Counted from the first letter of the stretch, positions 31,101 through 39,865 are shown. The stretch is 64,000 nt of DNA from Desulfobacterales bacterium (GCA_026984935.1 JALSRD010000028.1:7097-71096), one strand, 5' to 3'. The notes: generated by a model not told the origin, from the sequence alone. Numbers and translations are program-made.

Positions 31101-33059
31101 CTGCAGAACCTGCGCCGCTTTCTGGCCACAGACGCCCAGAATTTCGTATTCATCTGCCATTACCTGCGCCATCAGGCAGTGGAACAGGCGAGCGCTGCCG
31201 ATCCGGCCCTGGCGGCACGCAGGTCCGCGGTGCAGGAACTGGTCGACCAGCCGGAGTCCCTGCTCACCGCAGACGGTCCCGCCCGCCTGAAGACGGCCTT
31301 TGAAGACTTCCGCAAAAACTACCTGGCCGCATACCAGCGGCAGCACCACGACTATTACCGCCGTTTTGCCCAAAAACCCCTTTCACGTTTCGCAAAACGC
31401 GCCTTGGCGCTGCTCAAGCGCCTGAGCGCCATCGAAACTCTGGACCGGCCGCCGGGAACCCGGCAGCTGATCCACACCCTCGAGCACCCGCGGGTAACCC
31501 CCTGCCGGCGACAAGTCGCCGAAGAGCTGCTGCGCTACCCGGTGTGCGGCTGCGGCTTTTTGCCCGGTGGCTCTGCGCCGCCCAACGGCATCGGGAATAC
31601 CGCCGCAGCGCTGGAAAAAACGTTGGCCGCCTACGTTGAGATTCTGAGGCAGCCGCGCATCCGCGAGGCCATCGCCGCCCGGCTGTTCGCACTTTCCGAA
31701 GCCCTCCCCGAAGCCGCCGCACGGCTGCGACGCTTGGCCGGCGTGCTGGAGACCCAGGCCCGGTCCACGGCAGCGCTGCTGGAAGTTTTGGACACTGAAA
31801 CGCTGAATCAGCTGGCCCGTTCGCTGGCCGGCCAGGTGCGCATCGCGCATCGCGACATTTCCGCCCTCACCGCCGGCCTGGAGGGCCGGCGCCTGACTCC
31901 CGATCAGATCATGCAAGCCTTTAAAGCATGGCTGGCCGAAGCCGAAGCCGACTGCATACTGGCCATTGAGGATTCCGGCCGCCGTCCGGATACAAACGGG
32001 CCTTCCGGTTGCAGCTGGTGGCCGGCGCTGCACCCCGCGCTCTTTCCCGCCACCGGTCTCTCAAAACCACCCATAGACGCGCTGCAGCATACTTTGGAAA
32101 AGGCCTACCCGTCTCCGGAACTGCGGCACAGGTTGTCCCGCCTGGACGAAAAACAGCTTGCCGATTTCATCTGCAACGAACCGCTGCACACCGGCGCCAT
32201 CTGTCAGGCCTGGCGCCTGCTGGCCGAGAGACAGCTGGAGCAGTCTCCCGAACCGCTTGCAGGGGCACACAAGAGCCGGCATGCCGACCGCCGGGTGGCA
32301 CAGCAGATCGAGAAACGCCTGGCCGTGTTGGGCAGCGTCGTGCGTTTCGGGCGCGCCTCCCTGCCCCGGGCCCTGCGCGGCCGCATCGCGCTGTCGGAAA
32401 TGCTGAGCGACCCCTGGGCCACCAGCGAGCTGCGCCGGCTGATCCGCGAAAGAATCGAAAGCCTGTCCGCCAGGGCCAACGAATGGGTCGCCACCCTGCC
32501 GCCCACGGAACCGATCCCGCTGCAGGGTGCGCCCCTGGTGTTGATCATCGATGGCGTATCACCGGATGTCTGGCTGGAAGTCCATGACAACCTGCCGCCG
32601 GATATCCGCACGCCGGCCTTCAGCTGGCAGCGCCTGACCGCCGTGCCGTTCACGGCACCGGCGGTTTCAGCCATGTTCGGTTTTGACGAAGACGCCGTGG
32701 ATGAACTGGCCGCCCGCGGTGTTCCCTATCACCGTCTCAGGGGTGACGAAGCGGCGGATTTCGATGCCCTCCTGCCGGCCTTTCCCGCCGACACCGCCAT
32801 TGTTATTCACGTCTCGCTGCTGGATGCCGGCGCCCACGGGGCCTACCTCCAGCTGCACGACATGCCGGCGGTGCTGTTGAACTTTCTGCGGCACAAAATG
32901 CCCTTTTTGCTGGAAAGCGCCGGCGCCCGGCAACAGGGCCTGATCGTCACCACGGATCACGGCCTGTCGCTCACGGCCAGGGGGCTGGCGCACGGACGCG
33001 GCGGCCCATTTGAATGCGCCATATTTCGCTGGCACGTTCCGCCGGTGTCCCAAATTTAA
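28089..33059 (+). CDS. BrxC/PglY-like P-loop ATPase fused to a C-terminal PglZ-like (alkaline-phosphatase superfamily) domain
   Basis: 1,656 aa. Walker A is GDFGAGKSHFLAFL (nt ~28281-28322) and Walker B-like is LLLIDELSEFF. The C-terminal 175 aa (nt 32532-33056) read LVLIIDGVSPDVW...TAVPFTAPAVSAMFG...LIVTTDHGLS...AHGRGGPFECAIF. The CDS call is firm; the domain calls rest on motifs only. Confidence 0.7.
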   Translation: MKPFDTIGDLIDVPPVRTVVQLEDGRRRTRAILHSFVFTAETAAHLTVLTDALQKEHGRGFFLMGDFGAGKSHFLAFLSAWLSDPPPADVLTSHHAGLAQLQASGRRFLTLPISLIRYRAGTPLERIVIEGLENALASVGTRVQLSPIRRFLKTFRALLKDGAAADNYARQLAVTTADIDTYIDAHPRQAYVQALRFLKSSGMQTPESLLEERHETFARALTAVAAAGFDGTLLLIDELSEFFRAKADARSLNEDARTLQFLGELCESHPLWIIAAVQESIERTGDIAQVTFKKIKDRFPLKMVLSTLHIKSLIAERLVRPKPGSASRIREVFDYLKQQFPEMHWNFEDFRHTYPVHPLTIDLLDGLGDLFSEHRGIVDFVHCQLAGDHNRNIAGILDRPAYELLAPDSIYTHFCDRMAEFSAFNVYPRHIVPHLDTVIAQAFDSPSDRRLARRIVRMLVLYAIHPTADPPPVKVLAGLCTAAISDTDPALNVEFVAEAILDPLVTASKFLVRASPPATDAMDAVYRVTTKEDPAKRLGQRIAQRAAEIPPEDRRLLLAPLALLEESPSWPGPELLAEGLYRPVRWRQSIRRAWACFSTARDPETLRRDIVRRLDSGEADFAVVFAFAETAPDLQHTAAWQFPVPPQPGQLDALREYAAAVQVAAELRPGNPADAALIEPAEHALAQLAPAACHTALEVFYAGRFSDTGMPVENVIRQLKRFDRLLEIAGQYLLEKRYPAFRQVAPRRVVPSAALYQRLIDAFVAPGRISLQQAHRQKLADAIDGLARPLGLVELKSGAYVLSPDPENHALISEVFSRIRASGQTDLKTLMQQLRTGAFGLPADTAAFFISALAYGGLITLLKGGRTFPVEMLGMLSVEKLDAVAPGELISRSDRSTLTAECPFLAPPDGWGAFGLKQQRTAWQMLTRFRERARRIVEDIRTHMDSMSDFSSFQHFDMQELNRRLNALDQVASEIKVSYHAREGLERFLSAWRGAQLTAAHLQWLQNLRRFLATDAQNFVFICHYLRHQAVEQASAADPALAARRSAVQELVDQPESLLTADGPARLKTAFEDFRKNYLAAYQRQHHDYYRRFAQKPLSRFAKRALALLKRLSAIETLDRPPGTRQLIHTLEHPRVTPCRRQVAEELLRYPVCGCGFLPGGSAPPNGIGNTAAALEKTLAAYVEILRQPRIREAIAARLFALSEALPEAAARLRRLAGVLETQARSTAALLEVLDTETLNQLARSLAGQVRIAHRDISALTAGLEGRRLTPDQIMQAFKAWLAEAEADCILAIEDSGRRPDTNGPSGCSWWPALHPALFPATGLSKPPIDALQHTLEKAYPSPELRHRLSRLDEKQLADFICNEPLHTGAICQAWRLLAERQLEQSPEPLAGAHKSRHADRRVAQQIEKRLAVLGSVVRFGRASLPRALRGRIALSEMLSDPWATSELRRLIRERIESLSARANEWVATLPPTEPIPLQGAPLVLIIDGVSPDVWLEVHDNLPPDIRTPAFSWQRLTAVPFTAPAVSAMFGFDEDAVDELAARGVPYHRLRGDEAADFDALLPAFPADTAIVIHVSLLDAGAHGAYLQLHDMPAVLLNFLRHKMPFLLESAGARQQGLIVTTDHGLSLTARGLAHGRGGPFECAIFRWHVPPVSQI

Positions 33060-33073
33060 GGAGATGACCATCC

Positions 33074-33583
33074 ATGTCTGAAATAAAACCAGAACCAAGA
33101 ACGGTGTTCCCCCTGCTGGCACTCTGCATGCTGCTGATCGCCGGGTGCGGCATGACGGCCGACCATCGGCCGGCAGCGCCTGAAGACCTGACCGTGCGCC
33201 GCGTCTGGCCCGTGCCCGGTTACTCCAAGGACAAGCTCTTTGACGCCGCCCGCACATGGGTGGCCAAGAGCTTTTCCACGGACCTGGACGTGATCCAGTA
33301 CGCCAACCGGCGGGAAGGCATCGTGGTGGGCGAAACCTTCATCCCCTACCAGCGCAGGGAATCCATGGGCCTTGCCGGCAACTACGACCTGCGCTTCACC
33401 ATTACGGTGGAAGTCAAGAAAGACAGGGTGCGCACGACCTTCACCAATTTGCGCCTGGTGGAAATCAGCAAGCCTGAAGCCCTCTGGGCATCGGACGTCA
33501 AACCCGCCCACAAGCGCCTTTTGGCAAGCGTGGAATCCTGGATTAAATCCCTTAAAGCCGACAAAAGAGAGAAAAACTGGTAG
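33074..33583 (+). CDS. lipoprotein (DUF4468-like?)
   Basis: 169 aa with a signal peptide and a canonical lipobox, LLIAGC. It starts 14 nt after the giant ORF stop. Confidence 0.7.
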   Translation: MSEIKPEPRTVFPLLALCMLLIAGCGMTADHRPAAPEDLTVRRVWPVPGYSKDKLFDAARTWVAKSFSTDLDVIQYANRREGIVVGETFIPYQRRESMGLAGNYDLRFTITVEVKKDRVRTTFTNLRLVEISKPEALWASDVKPAHKRLLASVESWIKSLKADKREKNW

Positions 33584-33584
33584 A

Positions 33585-33603
33585 CGGGAAACTGGTTTTC
33601 CCG
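33585..33603 (+). terminator. candidate operon terminator (weak T-tract)
   Basis: The hairpin CGGGAAA-CTGGT-TTTCCCG lies immediately after the stop. The downstream sequence GGGCGATTTTG is only partly U-rich. Confidence 0.3.
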
Positions 33604-33798
33604 GGGCGATTTTGCGGCGCTGCCGCCAAGCGACGCGGCCACAGGATTTTGCTTGACGACCGCATGTCGATAATGTAGCTGTAATGTAGCTTCAATTTCG
33701 ACGCCGGTCCCAAAGCCGGCGAGATTTTTCCTATGTGGATTGCGGGTCTTGCGACGGCCCGGAATCTGCCAAACACCATGATCAACCAGGAGGAAACG

Positions 33799-34965
33799 AT
33801 GGATTTTGCCCTGTCCAAGGAACTCGAAATGCTGCGCAAGGCGGTGCGCGAATTCGCCCGCAAGAAGATTGCCCCCCATGCCGACGAGTGGGACCGTGAC
33901 CACTACTTCCCCTACAAGGAGGCCGTGCGGCCCATGGGTGAGCTGGGATTTTTCGGAACGGTGATTCCGGAGGAATACGAAGGCGAGGAAATGGGCTGGC
34001 TGGCGGCCATGATCGTCACCGAAGAAATCGCGCGCGCTTCGAGTTCGCTGCGCGTTCAGATCAACATGCAGACACTGGGCTGTGCGTATACCATCTACCG
34101 CTACGGCAGCGAGGAGCTGAAGCAAAAGTACATTCCCAAACTGGTGTCGGCCGAGTACATCGGCGGCTTCGGCATCACCGAACCCGACGCCGGTTCCGAC
34201 GTCATGGCCATGCTGTCCACGGCCGAAGACCGCGGCGACCACTGGCTGCTGAACGGCTCCAAAACCTGGATTTCCAACGCCAGCGTCGCCGACGTGATCA
34301 TCTACTATGCCTACACCGACCGCAGCAAGGGGTCCAAGGGCCTTTCTGCCTTTGTGCTGGAGCCCAAGAACTTCAACGGTGTCAAGACCTCGGCCCTGGA
34401 CAAAATGGGCTCGCATTCGGCGCCCACCGGAGAAATTTTCCTGTCAGACACCCGCGTTCCCAAGGAAAACATCCTGGGGAAACCCGGCGACGGCACCCGG
34501 ATCGTCTTCAGTTCGCTGAACCAGACCCGCCTGTCGGCCGCCGCCGGCGCCGTGGGTGTGGCCCAGGCCTGCCTGGACACGGTGCTGAAATACTGCAACG
34601 AACGCAAGCAGTTCGGTCAGCCCATCGGCCACTTCCAGATGAATCAGGACATGATCGCCCAGATGTCCACCGAAATCGAGGCCGCCCGGCTGCTGGTTTA
34701 CAAGGCCGCCTGGGCCAAAGACCGGGGGCACCTGAACAACGGCCTGGACGTGGCCCAGGCCAAGTACTTCGCCGGCGAGGTGGCCGACAAGTGCGCCAAC
34801 TACGCCATGCGCATCCTGGGCGCCTACGGCTATTCCACCGAGTACCCCGTGGCGCGCTACTACCGGGATACGCCCACCTACTATATGGTCGAGGGATCGG
34901 CCAATATCTGCAAATGGATCATCGCCCAGGACCAGCTGGGCATGCGCCGCGCCAACCGGGACTAG
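33799..34965 (+). CDS. acyl-CoA dehydrogenase (possibly glutaryl-CoA dehydrogenase-like)
   Basis: MDFALSKELEMLRKAVREFARKKIAPHADEWDRD...GITEPDAGSD...YRDTPTYYMVEGSANI are ACAD motifs. AGGAGG lies upstream of ATG 33799. The substrate is inferred only from the neighbouring gcdA-like gene. Confidence 0.9.
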   Translation: MDFALSKELEMLRKAVREFARKKIAPHADEWDRDHYFPYKEAVRPMGELGFFGTVIPEEYEGEEMGWLAAMIVTEEIARASSSLRVQINMQTLGCAYTIYRYGSEELKQKYIPKLVSAEYIGGFGITEPDAGSDVMAMLSTAEDRGDHWLLNGSKTWISNASVADVIIYYAYTDRSKGSKGLSAFVLEPKNFNGVKTSALDKMGSHSAPTGEIFLSDTRVPKENILGKPGDGTRIVFSSLNQTRLSAAAGAVGVAQACLDTVLKYCNERKQFGQPIGHFQMNQDMIAQMSTEIEAARLLVYKAAWAKDRGHLNNGLDVAQAKYFAGEVADKCANYAMRILGAYGYSTEYPVARYYRDTPTYYMVEGSANICKWIIAQDQLGMRRANRD

Positions 34966-35009
34966 CACCCGCCCGCGCGCCGGCCACAGATACTATCGGG
35001 AGGTGACAC

Positions 35010-35402
35010 GTGGACCGGGATGTTGTCGAAAAAACGAAACGCACGGCCGGACTTTACTTCAAAAACGTCAGCGGCGAAAAGCCTTACGAACTCTGGAGGG
35101 CTTTCGATAAAGACCTGGCGCGCGATCTGTCGCTTTTCATCACCGGACGCATGTATGCCCGCGAGAAGATACCGCATGCGACCCGCCAGCTGGTGGCCAT
35201 CGCCGCGCTGACGGTGCTCTCGCACCCGGAGGAGCTGAAGCTGCACATCCAGGCCGGCCTGAATGTGGGCTGCACGGCGTCGCAAATCGCCGAGGTGATC
35301 TTCCAGACCATGGTTTACGGCGGCGTGCCGGCCGCCAATGCTGGCCTGGCGGTCCTGCGCGAAGTGCTGGAAACACGCGGTCTGTGGCCCATCGCAGAGT
35401 GA
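35010..35402 (+). CDS. carboxymuconolactone decarboxylase (AhpD-like) family protein
   Basis: 130 aa with a GTG start and GGGAGGTG upstream. The CMD-type helical pattern is ...TRQLVAIAALTVLSHPEELKLHIQAGLNVGCTASQIAEVI. Confidence 0.75.
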   Translation: MDRDVVEKTKRTAGLYFKNVSGEKPYELWRAFDKDLARDLSLFITGRMYAREKIPHATRQLVAIAALTVLSHPEELKLHIQAGLNVGCTASQIAEVIFQTMVYGGVPAANAGLAVLREVLETRGLWPIAE

Positions 35403-35538
35403 CACCCCTTGCACGGCAGACCGCCGGGTACAACGACCTTTCGGCCCTCTTGCAGAGCCGGTTTTTATTTGACGCCGGCAAACGGAAATTGTACAAACCC
35501 ATTCAAACTTCTGAATCTGTCAAACGGAGCAAGCCATC

Positions 35539-37272
35539 ATGAGACCGTATTTCGAGAAAATGCCGCAGTTCGGCCGTGAGCTCAACCCCGGCCAGATCAA
35601 GAGCACCGAAGCCAACATCGCAAAGATTCGGGAAGTCGAGGCCGAAGTCAAGGCGGCCGTCGACAAGGTCAAGAAGGCCGGTTTCCCGGAGGAAAAAATC
35701 AACGCCCGCGGACAGATGACGATCTGGCAGCGCCTGAACTACCTGGTCGATCCCGGCACCTGGTGCCCGCTGCATACCCTTTTCAACCCCACGGACAACG
35801 AAATCGGCCACACCAACGTTTTCGACGGCCTCGGCAAAATTTCGGGCAAATGGGCCGTCATCATCGGTTTCGACAACAAATACCTGGCCGGCGCCTGGAT
35901 CCCCGGCCAGGCTGAAAATGTCTTTCGGGTCACCAACCTGGCCAAGCGCCTGAATATCCCGCTGGTGTGGCTCGTCAACTGCAGCGGCGTCAGCCTCACC
36001 GAGCAGGAGAAATTTTACGGCGGCCGGCGCGGCTCCGGCACCACTTTTTTCCGGCATGCCGAACTGGAGCAGATGGGTATTCCCATTCTGGCGGGCATTT
36101 ACGGCACCAACCCTGCCGGCGGCGGCTATCAGGGCATCAGCCCGACCATCCTCTTCGCCCACAAGAACTGCAACATCGCCGTGGGCGGCGGCGGCATCCT
36201 TAGCGGCATGTCGCCCAAGGGCTACTTCGACAAGGAGGGCGCCGAGCAATTGATAGCCGCCGCCAAGCAGTTCAAGGCCAAGCCGCCGGGGTCGGCGGAC
36301 ATTCATTACAAGGAAACCGGATTTTTCCGCTACGTCTACGAGGAAGAGACCGGCGTCCTGGACGGACTCAAAGACTACATGCGCGACATGCCGGCCTACC
36401 ACCCCAAGTTTTTCCGCGTGGCCAAGCCCCAAGAACCGCGTCTGCCGGCCGAAGATCTCTACCGCCTGATTCCCTTCAACCAGAAGCAGATGTACAGTTT
36501 CGACGAGGTCCTGGCGCGCCTGGTGGACGGCAGCGAGCACCTGGAATTCCGCCCCGGCTACGGCCCCGAGGTTTACACCGGCCTGGTAAAGGTGAACGGC
36601 TTTCTGGTGGGCGTCATCGGCAACCGGCAGGGCTTTCTGGGGGAAGACTACCCGGAATACGCCGATTATCCGGGCATCGGCGGCAAACTCTACCGCCAGG
36701 GGTTGATCAAGATGAACGAGTTTGTGACCCACTGCGGCCGGGACCGGGTGCCGGTCATCTGGTTCCAGGACACCACCGGCATCGATGTCGGCGATCTCGC
36801 CGAAAAAGCCGAACTGCTCGGACTGGGCCAGAGCCTGATCTACTCCATCCAGCAGACCGACGTGCCCATGCTGCTGGTGCTGCTGCGCAAGGGAACAGCG
36901 GCCGCACACTACATCATGGGGGGCCCCACCGCCAACCGCCACAACGCCTTTTCCATCGGCATCGCCACCTCCGAGATCTACGTCATGCACGGCGAAACCG
37001 CGGCCGCAGCCAGCTTTTCGCGCCGCCTGGTCAAAGAAAAAGACGCCGGCCGGCCGCTGGACCCCATCATCGACGCCATGAACAAGATGGCCCAGGACTA
37101 CCACAACAATTCGCGGCCCATCTACTGCGCCCGCAAGGGGCTGCTGGACGAGATCGTCAACATGACCGAGATCCGCAAGTACATGGCGGCCTTTGCCGGC
37201 GCCGCCTACCAGAATCCGCGCTCGATCTGCCCCCAGCACCAGATGCTGCTGCCGCGCGTTATCCGGGGCTGA
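35539..37272 (+). CDS. gcdA: glutaconyl-CoA decarboxylase alpha subunit / acyl-CoA carboxyltransferase
   Basis: 577 aa. The N-terminus MRPYFEKMPQFGREL, RGQMTIWQRLNYLVDPGTW, the carboxyltransferase glycine-rich loops (NPAGGGY, VGGGGI) and the overall length resemble GcdA. Confidence 0.8.
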   Translation: MRPYFEKMPQFGRELNPGQIKSTEANIAKIREVEAEVKAAVDKVKKAGFPEEKINARGQMTIWQRLNYLVDPGTWCPLHTLFNPTDNEIGHTNVFDGLGKISGKWAVIIGFDNKYLAGAWIPGQAENVFRVTNLAKRLNIPLVWLVNCSGVSLTEQEKFYGGRRGSGTTFFRHAELEQMGIPILAGIYGTNPAGGGYQGISPTILFAHKNCNIAVGGGGILSGMSPKGYFDKEGAEQLIAAAKQFKAKPPGSADIHYKETGFFRYVYEEETGVLDGLKDYMRDMPAYHPKFFRVAKPQEPRLPAEDLYRLIPFNQKQMYSFDEVLARLVDGSEHLEFRPGYGPEVYTGLVKVNGFLVGVIGNRQGFLGEDYPEYADYPGIGGKLYRQGLIKMNEFVTHCGRDRVPVIWFQDTTGIDVGDLAEKAELLGLGQSLIYSIQQTDVPMLLVLLRKGTAAAHYIMGGPTANRHNAFSIGIATSEIYVMHGETAAAASFSRRLVKEKDAGRPLDPIIDAMNKMAQDYHNNSRPIYCARKGLLDEIVNMTEIRKYMAAFAGAAYQNPRSICPQHQMLLPRVIRG

Positions 37273-37332
37273 CGGCAACACTTTCGGACCTAGCGCCGGC
37301 GCACCGAGCCGCCGGCGCTTTTTTTAAAGCGC

Positions 37333-38256
37333 ATGCTGCAGATCCTGAACACCATTATCCCGGTTTTTGCCGTCATCCTGCTCGGGCTGGCCAGCCGCCT
37401 TACCGGCCATCTGACCCGGAACCTGACGGCTCCCTTAAACCGGCTGGTGTACTACCTGGCCATCCCCGCCATGATCTTCAAGGCGCTGGCCAAAGCCTCC
37501 TTCACATCCCACTTCAACCCCGTGCTGCTGGCCGCGACACTCGTACCGGTGCTGTTCACCGCCGGCGCCGCCCTGGGAATCGGCCGCCTGCTGAAGCTTC
37601 CGCACCGCCAGATGGGTACCTTCCTGCAAAGCGCCTTTCACGGCAACCTGGGCTACATCGGCTTTGCCGTGGCCTACTACCTGCTGGGCGAAACCGGCTT
37701 TACCTCGGCCAGCATCCTGGCCGGTTTTCTGATGCTTTTGCAGAATTTCCTGGCGGTGATCAGCCTGCAGCTCTTTTCCCCGCACGCCAGGACGCTGCAC
37801 CAGCTGTCCTTTGTGCTGAAAAAAGTGGCCTTAAACCCCGTTATTCTCTCGGCTCTGGCCGGGATCCTCTTCTCCCTGTCCGGACTTGCCATGCCGGTGG
37901 TCGCCGAACGCACCCTGGCCATTATCGCCGGCATGGCGCTGCCGCTGGCGCTGCTGGTAATCGGCGCTTCGCTGTCGCCCATGCTGATCCGCGCCGAGCT
38001 GAAGCACACGCTGGCCACCTCGGCCCTGAAGCTGATCCTGCTGCCGGCCGCCGGGGTCTTTTTTTACCTCCGTACCGGCCTCGCAACCCGGACTTTTCTG
38101 CCGGGACTGATTCTGCTGGCCTCCCCCACGGCGACGATCACCTACGTGATGGCCGCCGAAATGGGCGGATCCGTGGAACTGGCTTCGGCCGCCGTTTCCT
38201 TCAACACGCTGCTTTCCGCCGCGACCTTTACCTTCTGGCTGGGCCTTTTCCGTTAG
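37333..38256 (+). CDS. AEC (auxin efflux carrier) family transporter
   Basis: 307 aa. The N-terminus MLQILNTIIPVFAVILLGL and roughly 10 hydrophobic segments are typical of the AEC family. Confidence 0.85.
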   Translation: MLQILNTIIPVFAVILLGLASRLTGHLTRNLTAPLNRLVYYLAIPAMIFKALAKASFTSHFNPVLLAATLVPVLFTAGAALGIGRLLKLPHRQMGTFLQSAFHGNLGYIGFAVAYYLLGETGFTSASILAGFLMLLQNFLAVISLQLFSPHARTLHQLSFVLKKVALNPVILSALAGILFSLSGLAMPVVAERTLAIIAGMALPLALLVIGASLSPMLIRAELKHTLATSALKLILLPAAGVFFYLRTGLATRTFLPGLILLASPTATITYVMAAEMGGSVELASAAVSFNTLLSAATFTFWLGLFR

Positions 38257-38454
38257 GCCGGCAGCGGCTGCGCAGCTACCGCACACCGCCGGCGGTATGG
38301 CACCATCGCAGCAGCGCGACGCAATCGGCCTTTACAGCGCCTCCTGAAATTGATACATGAGCTGGCAACCCGACACCGGCACCACTTGGCCGGCGGCGGC
38401 ACTTGTGCAATTTGCGGTTTTCTATCCGGCTCGCAGGCGAAAGGATCATCCACC

Positions 38455-39807
38455 ATGCCCGATTTCGTTGAAATCCTGAAAAACAGGGACCCCCATGAAC
38501 GTGAATTTCACCAGGCGGTGCACGGGGTGCTGGCCAGCGTCAAACCGCTTTTGGACCAGCGTCCCGAATATGGCCGGGCGGCCATCCTGCAACGCATGAC
38601 GGAACCGGAAAGGATCTACACTTTTCGCATTCCCTGGGCGGATGCCCGCAACCAGACGCATGTCAACCGGGGGTTCATGGTGGAGATGAACAACGCGGTG
38701 GGCCCTTTCAAGGGCGGCCTGCGCTTTCACCCTTCGGTCAACCAGAGCATTTTAAAATTTCTGGCCTTTGAACAGGTTTTCAAAAACGCCCTCACGACCA
38801 TGCCCATGGGCGGCGGTGCCGGCGGTGCCGACTTCGAGCCCAAAGGCAAGAGCGATATGGAGGTCATGTCCTTCTGCCAGAGCTTCATGACCGAGCTGTT
38901 CCACCATATCGGCCCCAATACCGACATCCCCGGCAGCGATATCGGCGTGGGGGCGCGGGAGATCGGCTACCTGTTCGGCATGTACCGCAAGCTGCGCAAC
39001 GAATTCACCGGGGTGCTGACCGGGAAAAGCATCGGCTGGGGAGGCAGCCTCTTCCGCCGCGAGGCACCGGGGTACGGCTGCGTCTACTTCGCCGCTGAAA
39101 TGCTTGCCGAGCGCTGGAACCTGACCCTGGAGGGCAAGACCTGCCTGGTTTCCGGGGCCGGCAAGGTGGCCCTGGCCACGGCCGAGAAACTGATCGAGCT
39201 AGGCGCCAGGGTCGTCACGCTCTCCGATTCCAGCGGCTATATCTACGATGAAGAGGGAATCGACGCGCAAAAACTGGCCTTCGTCAAAAGGCTCAAATAT
39301 GTCCACCGTGAAAGAATCCGGGAGTATGCCGAAAAATATCCGCACGCCGTTTACACCCCACTTTCCGAAAACATGGACCATCACCCCCTCTGGAGCCACC
39401 GTGCGGACTGCGCCTTTCCCTGCGCCACCCAGAATGAAATCCGCCTGAAGGACGCCTACCACCTGATCAACAACAACGTGCGCCTCGTCTGCGAGGGCGC
39501 CAACATGCCGTGCACGTCGGATGCCGTCGAGATTTTTCTCGACAAGAAGATCCTCTACGCCCCCGGCAAGGCGGCCAATGCCGGCGGCGTGGCGGTCTCC
39601 GGCCTGGAGATGACCCAGAACAGCATACACCTGCCCTGGAGCCGCCAGGAACTGGACAAACGGCTCAAAATGATCATGAAAAACATCCACGCCACCTGCC
39701 TGGCCGCGGCTGAACAATACGGCGACCCGGGCAACTACCTGCTGGGCGCCAATGCCGCCGGCTTTTTGAAAGTGGCCGATGCCATGCTGGACCAGGGTCT
39801 TTTATAA
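38455..39807 (+). CDS. gdhA: NADP-specific glutamate dehydrogenase
   Basis: RIPWADARNQTHVNRGFMVEMNNAVGPFKGGLRFHPSVN...FEQVFKNALT..PMGGG.GG.DF.PKGKSD. The start is placed at ATG 38455; the track ORF starts at 38350. Confidence 0.95.
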   Translation: MPDFVEILKNRDPHEREFHQAVHGVLASVKPLLDQRPEYGRAAILQRMTEPERIYTFRIPWADARNQTHVNRGFMVEMNNAVGPFKGGLRFHPSVNQSILKFLAFEQVFKNALTTMPMGGGAGGADFEPKGKSDMEVMSFCQSFMTELFHHIGPNTDIPGSDIGVGAREIGYLFGMYRKLRNEFTGVLTGKSIGWGGSLFRREAPGYGCVYFAAEMLAERWNLTLEGKTCLVSGAGKVALATAEKLIELGARVVTLSDSSGYIYDEEGIDAQKLAFVKRLKYVHRERIREYAEKYPHAVYTPLSENMDHHPLWSHRADCAFPCATQNEIRLKDAYHLINNNVRLVCEGANMPCTSDAVEIFLDKKILYAPGKAANAGGVAVSGLEMTQNSIHLPWSRQELDKRLKMIMKNIHATCLAAAEQYGDPGNYLLGANAAGFLKVADAMLDQGLL

Positions 39808-39865
39808 GATCCGCCGGACCGGTCTGTTGCAGCCGCCACGACACCCAAACCCAAAGGAGTTCGCC

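Noticed and set aside
35503-37281. 592-aa minus-strand ORF
   Set aside because: It is exactly antisense to the gcdA-like gene, which has clear family motifs. The product is low-complexity and G/A/V/D-rich.
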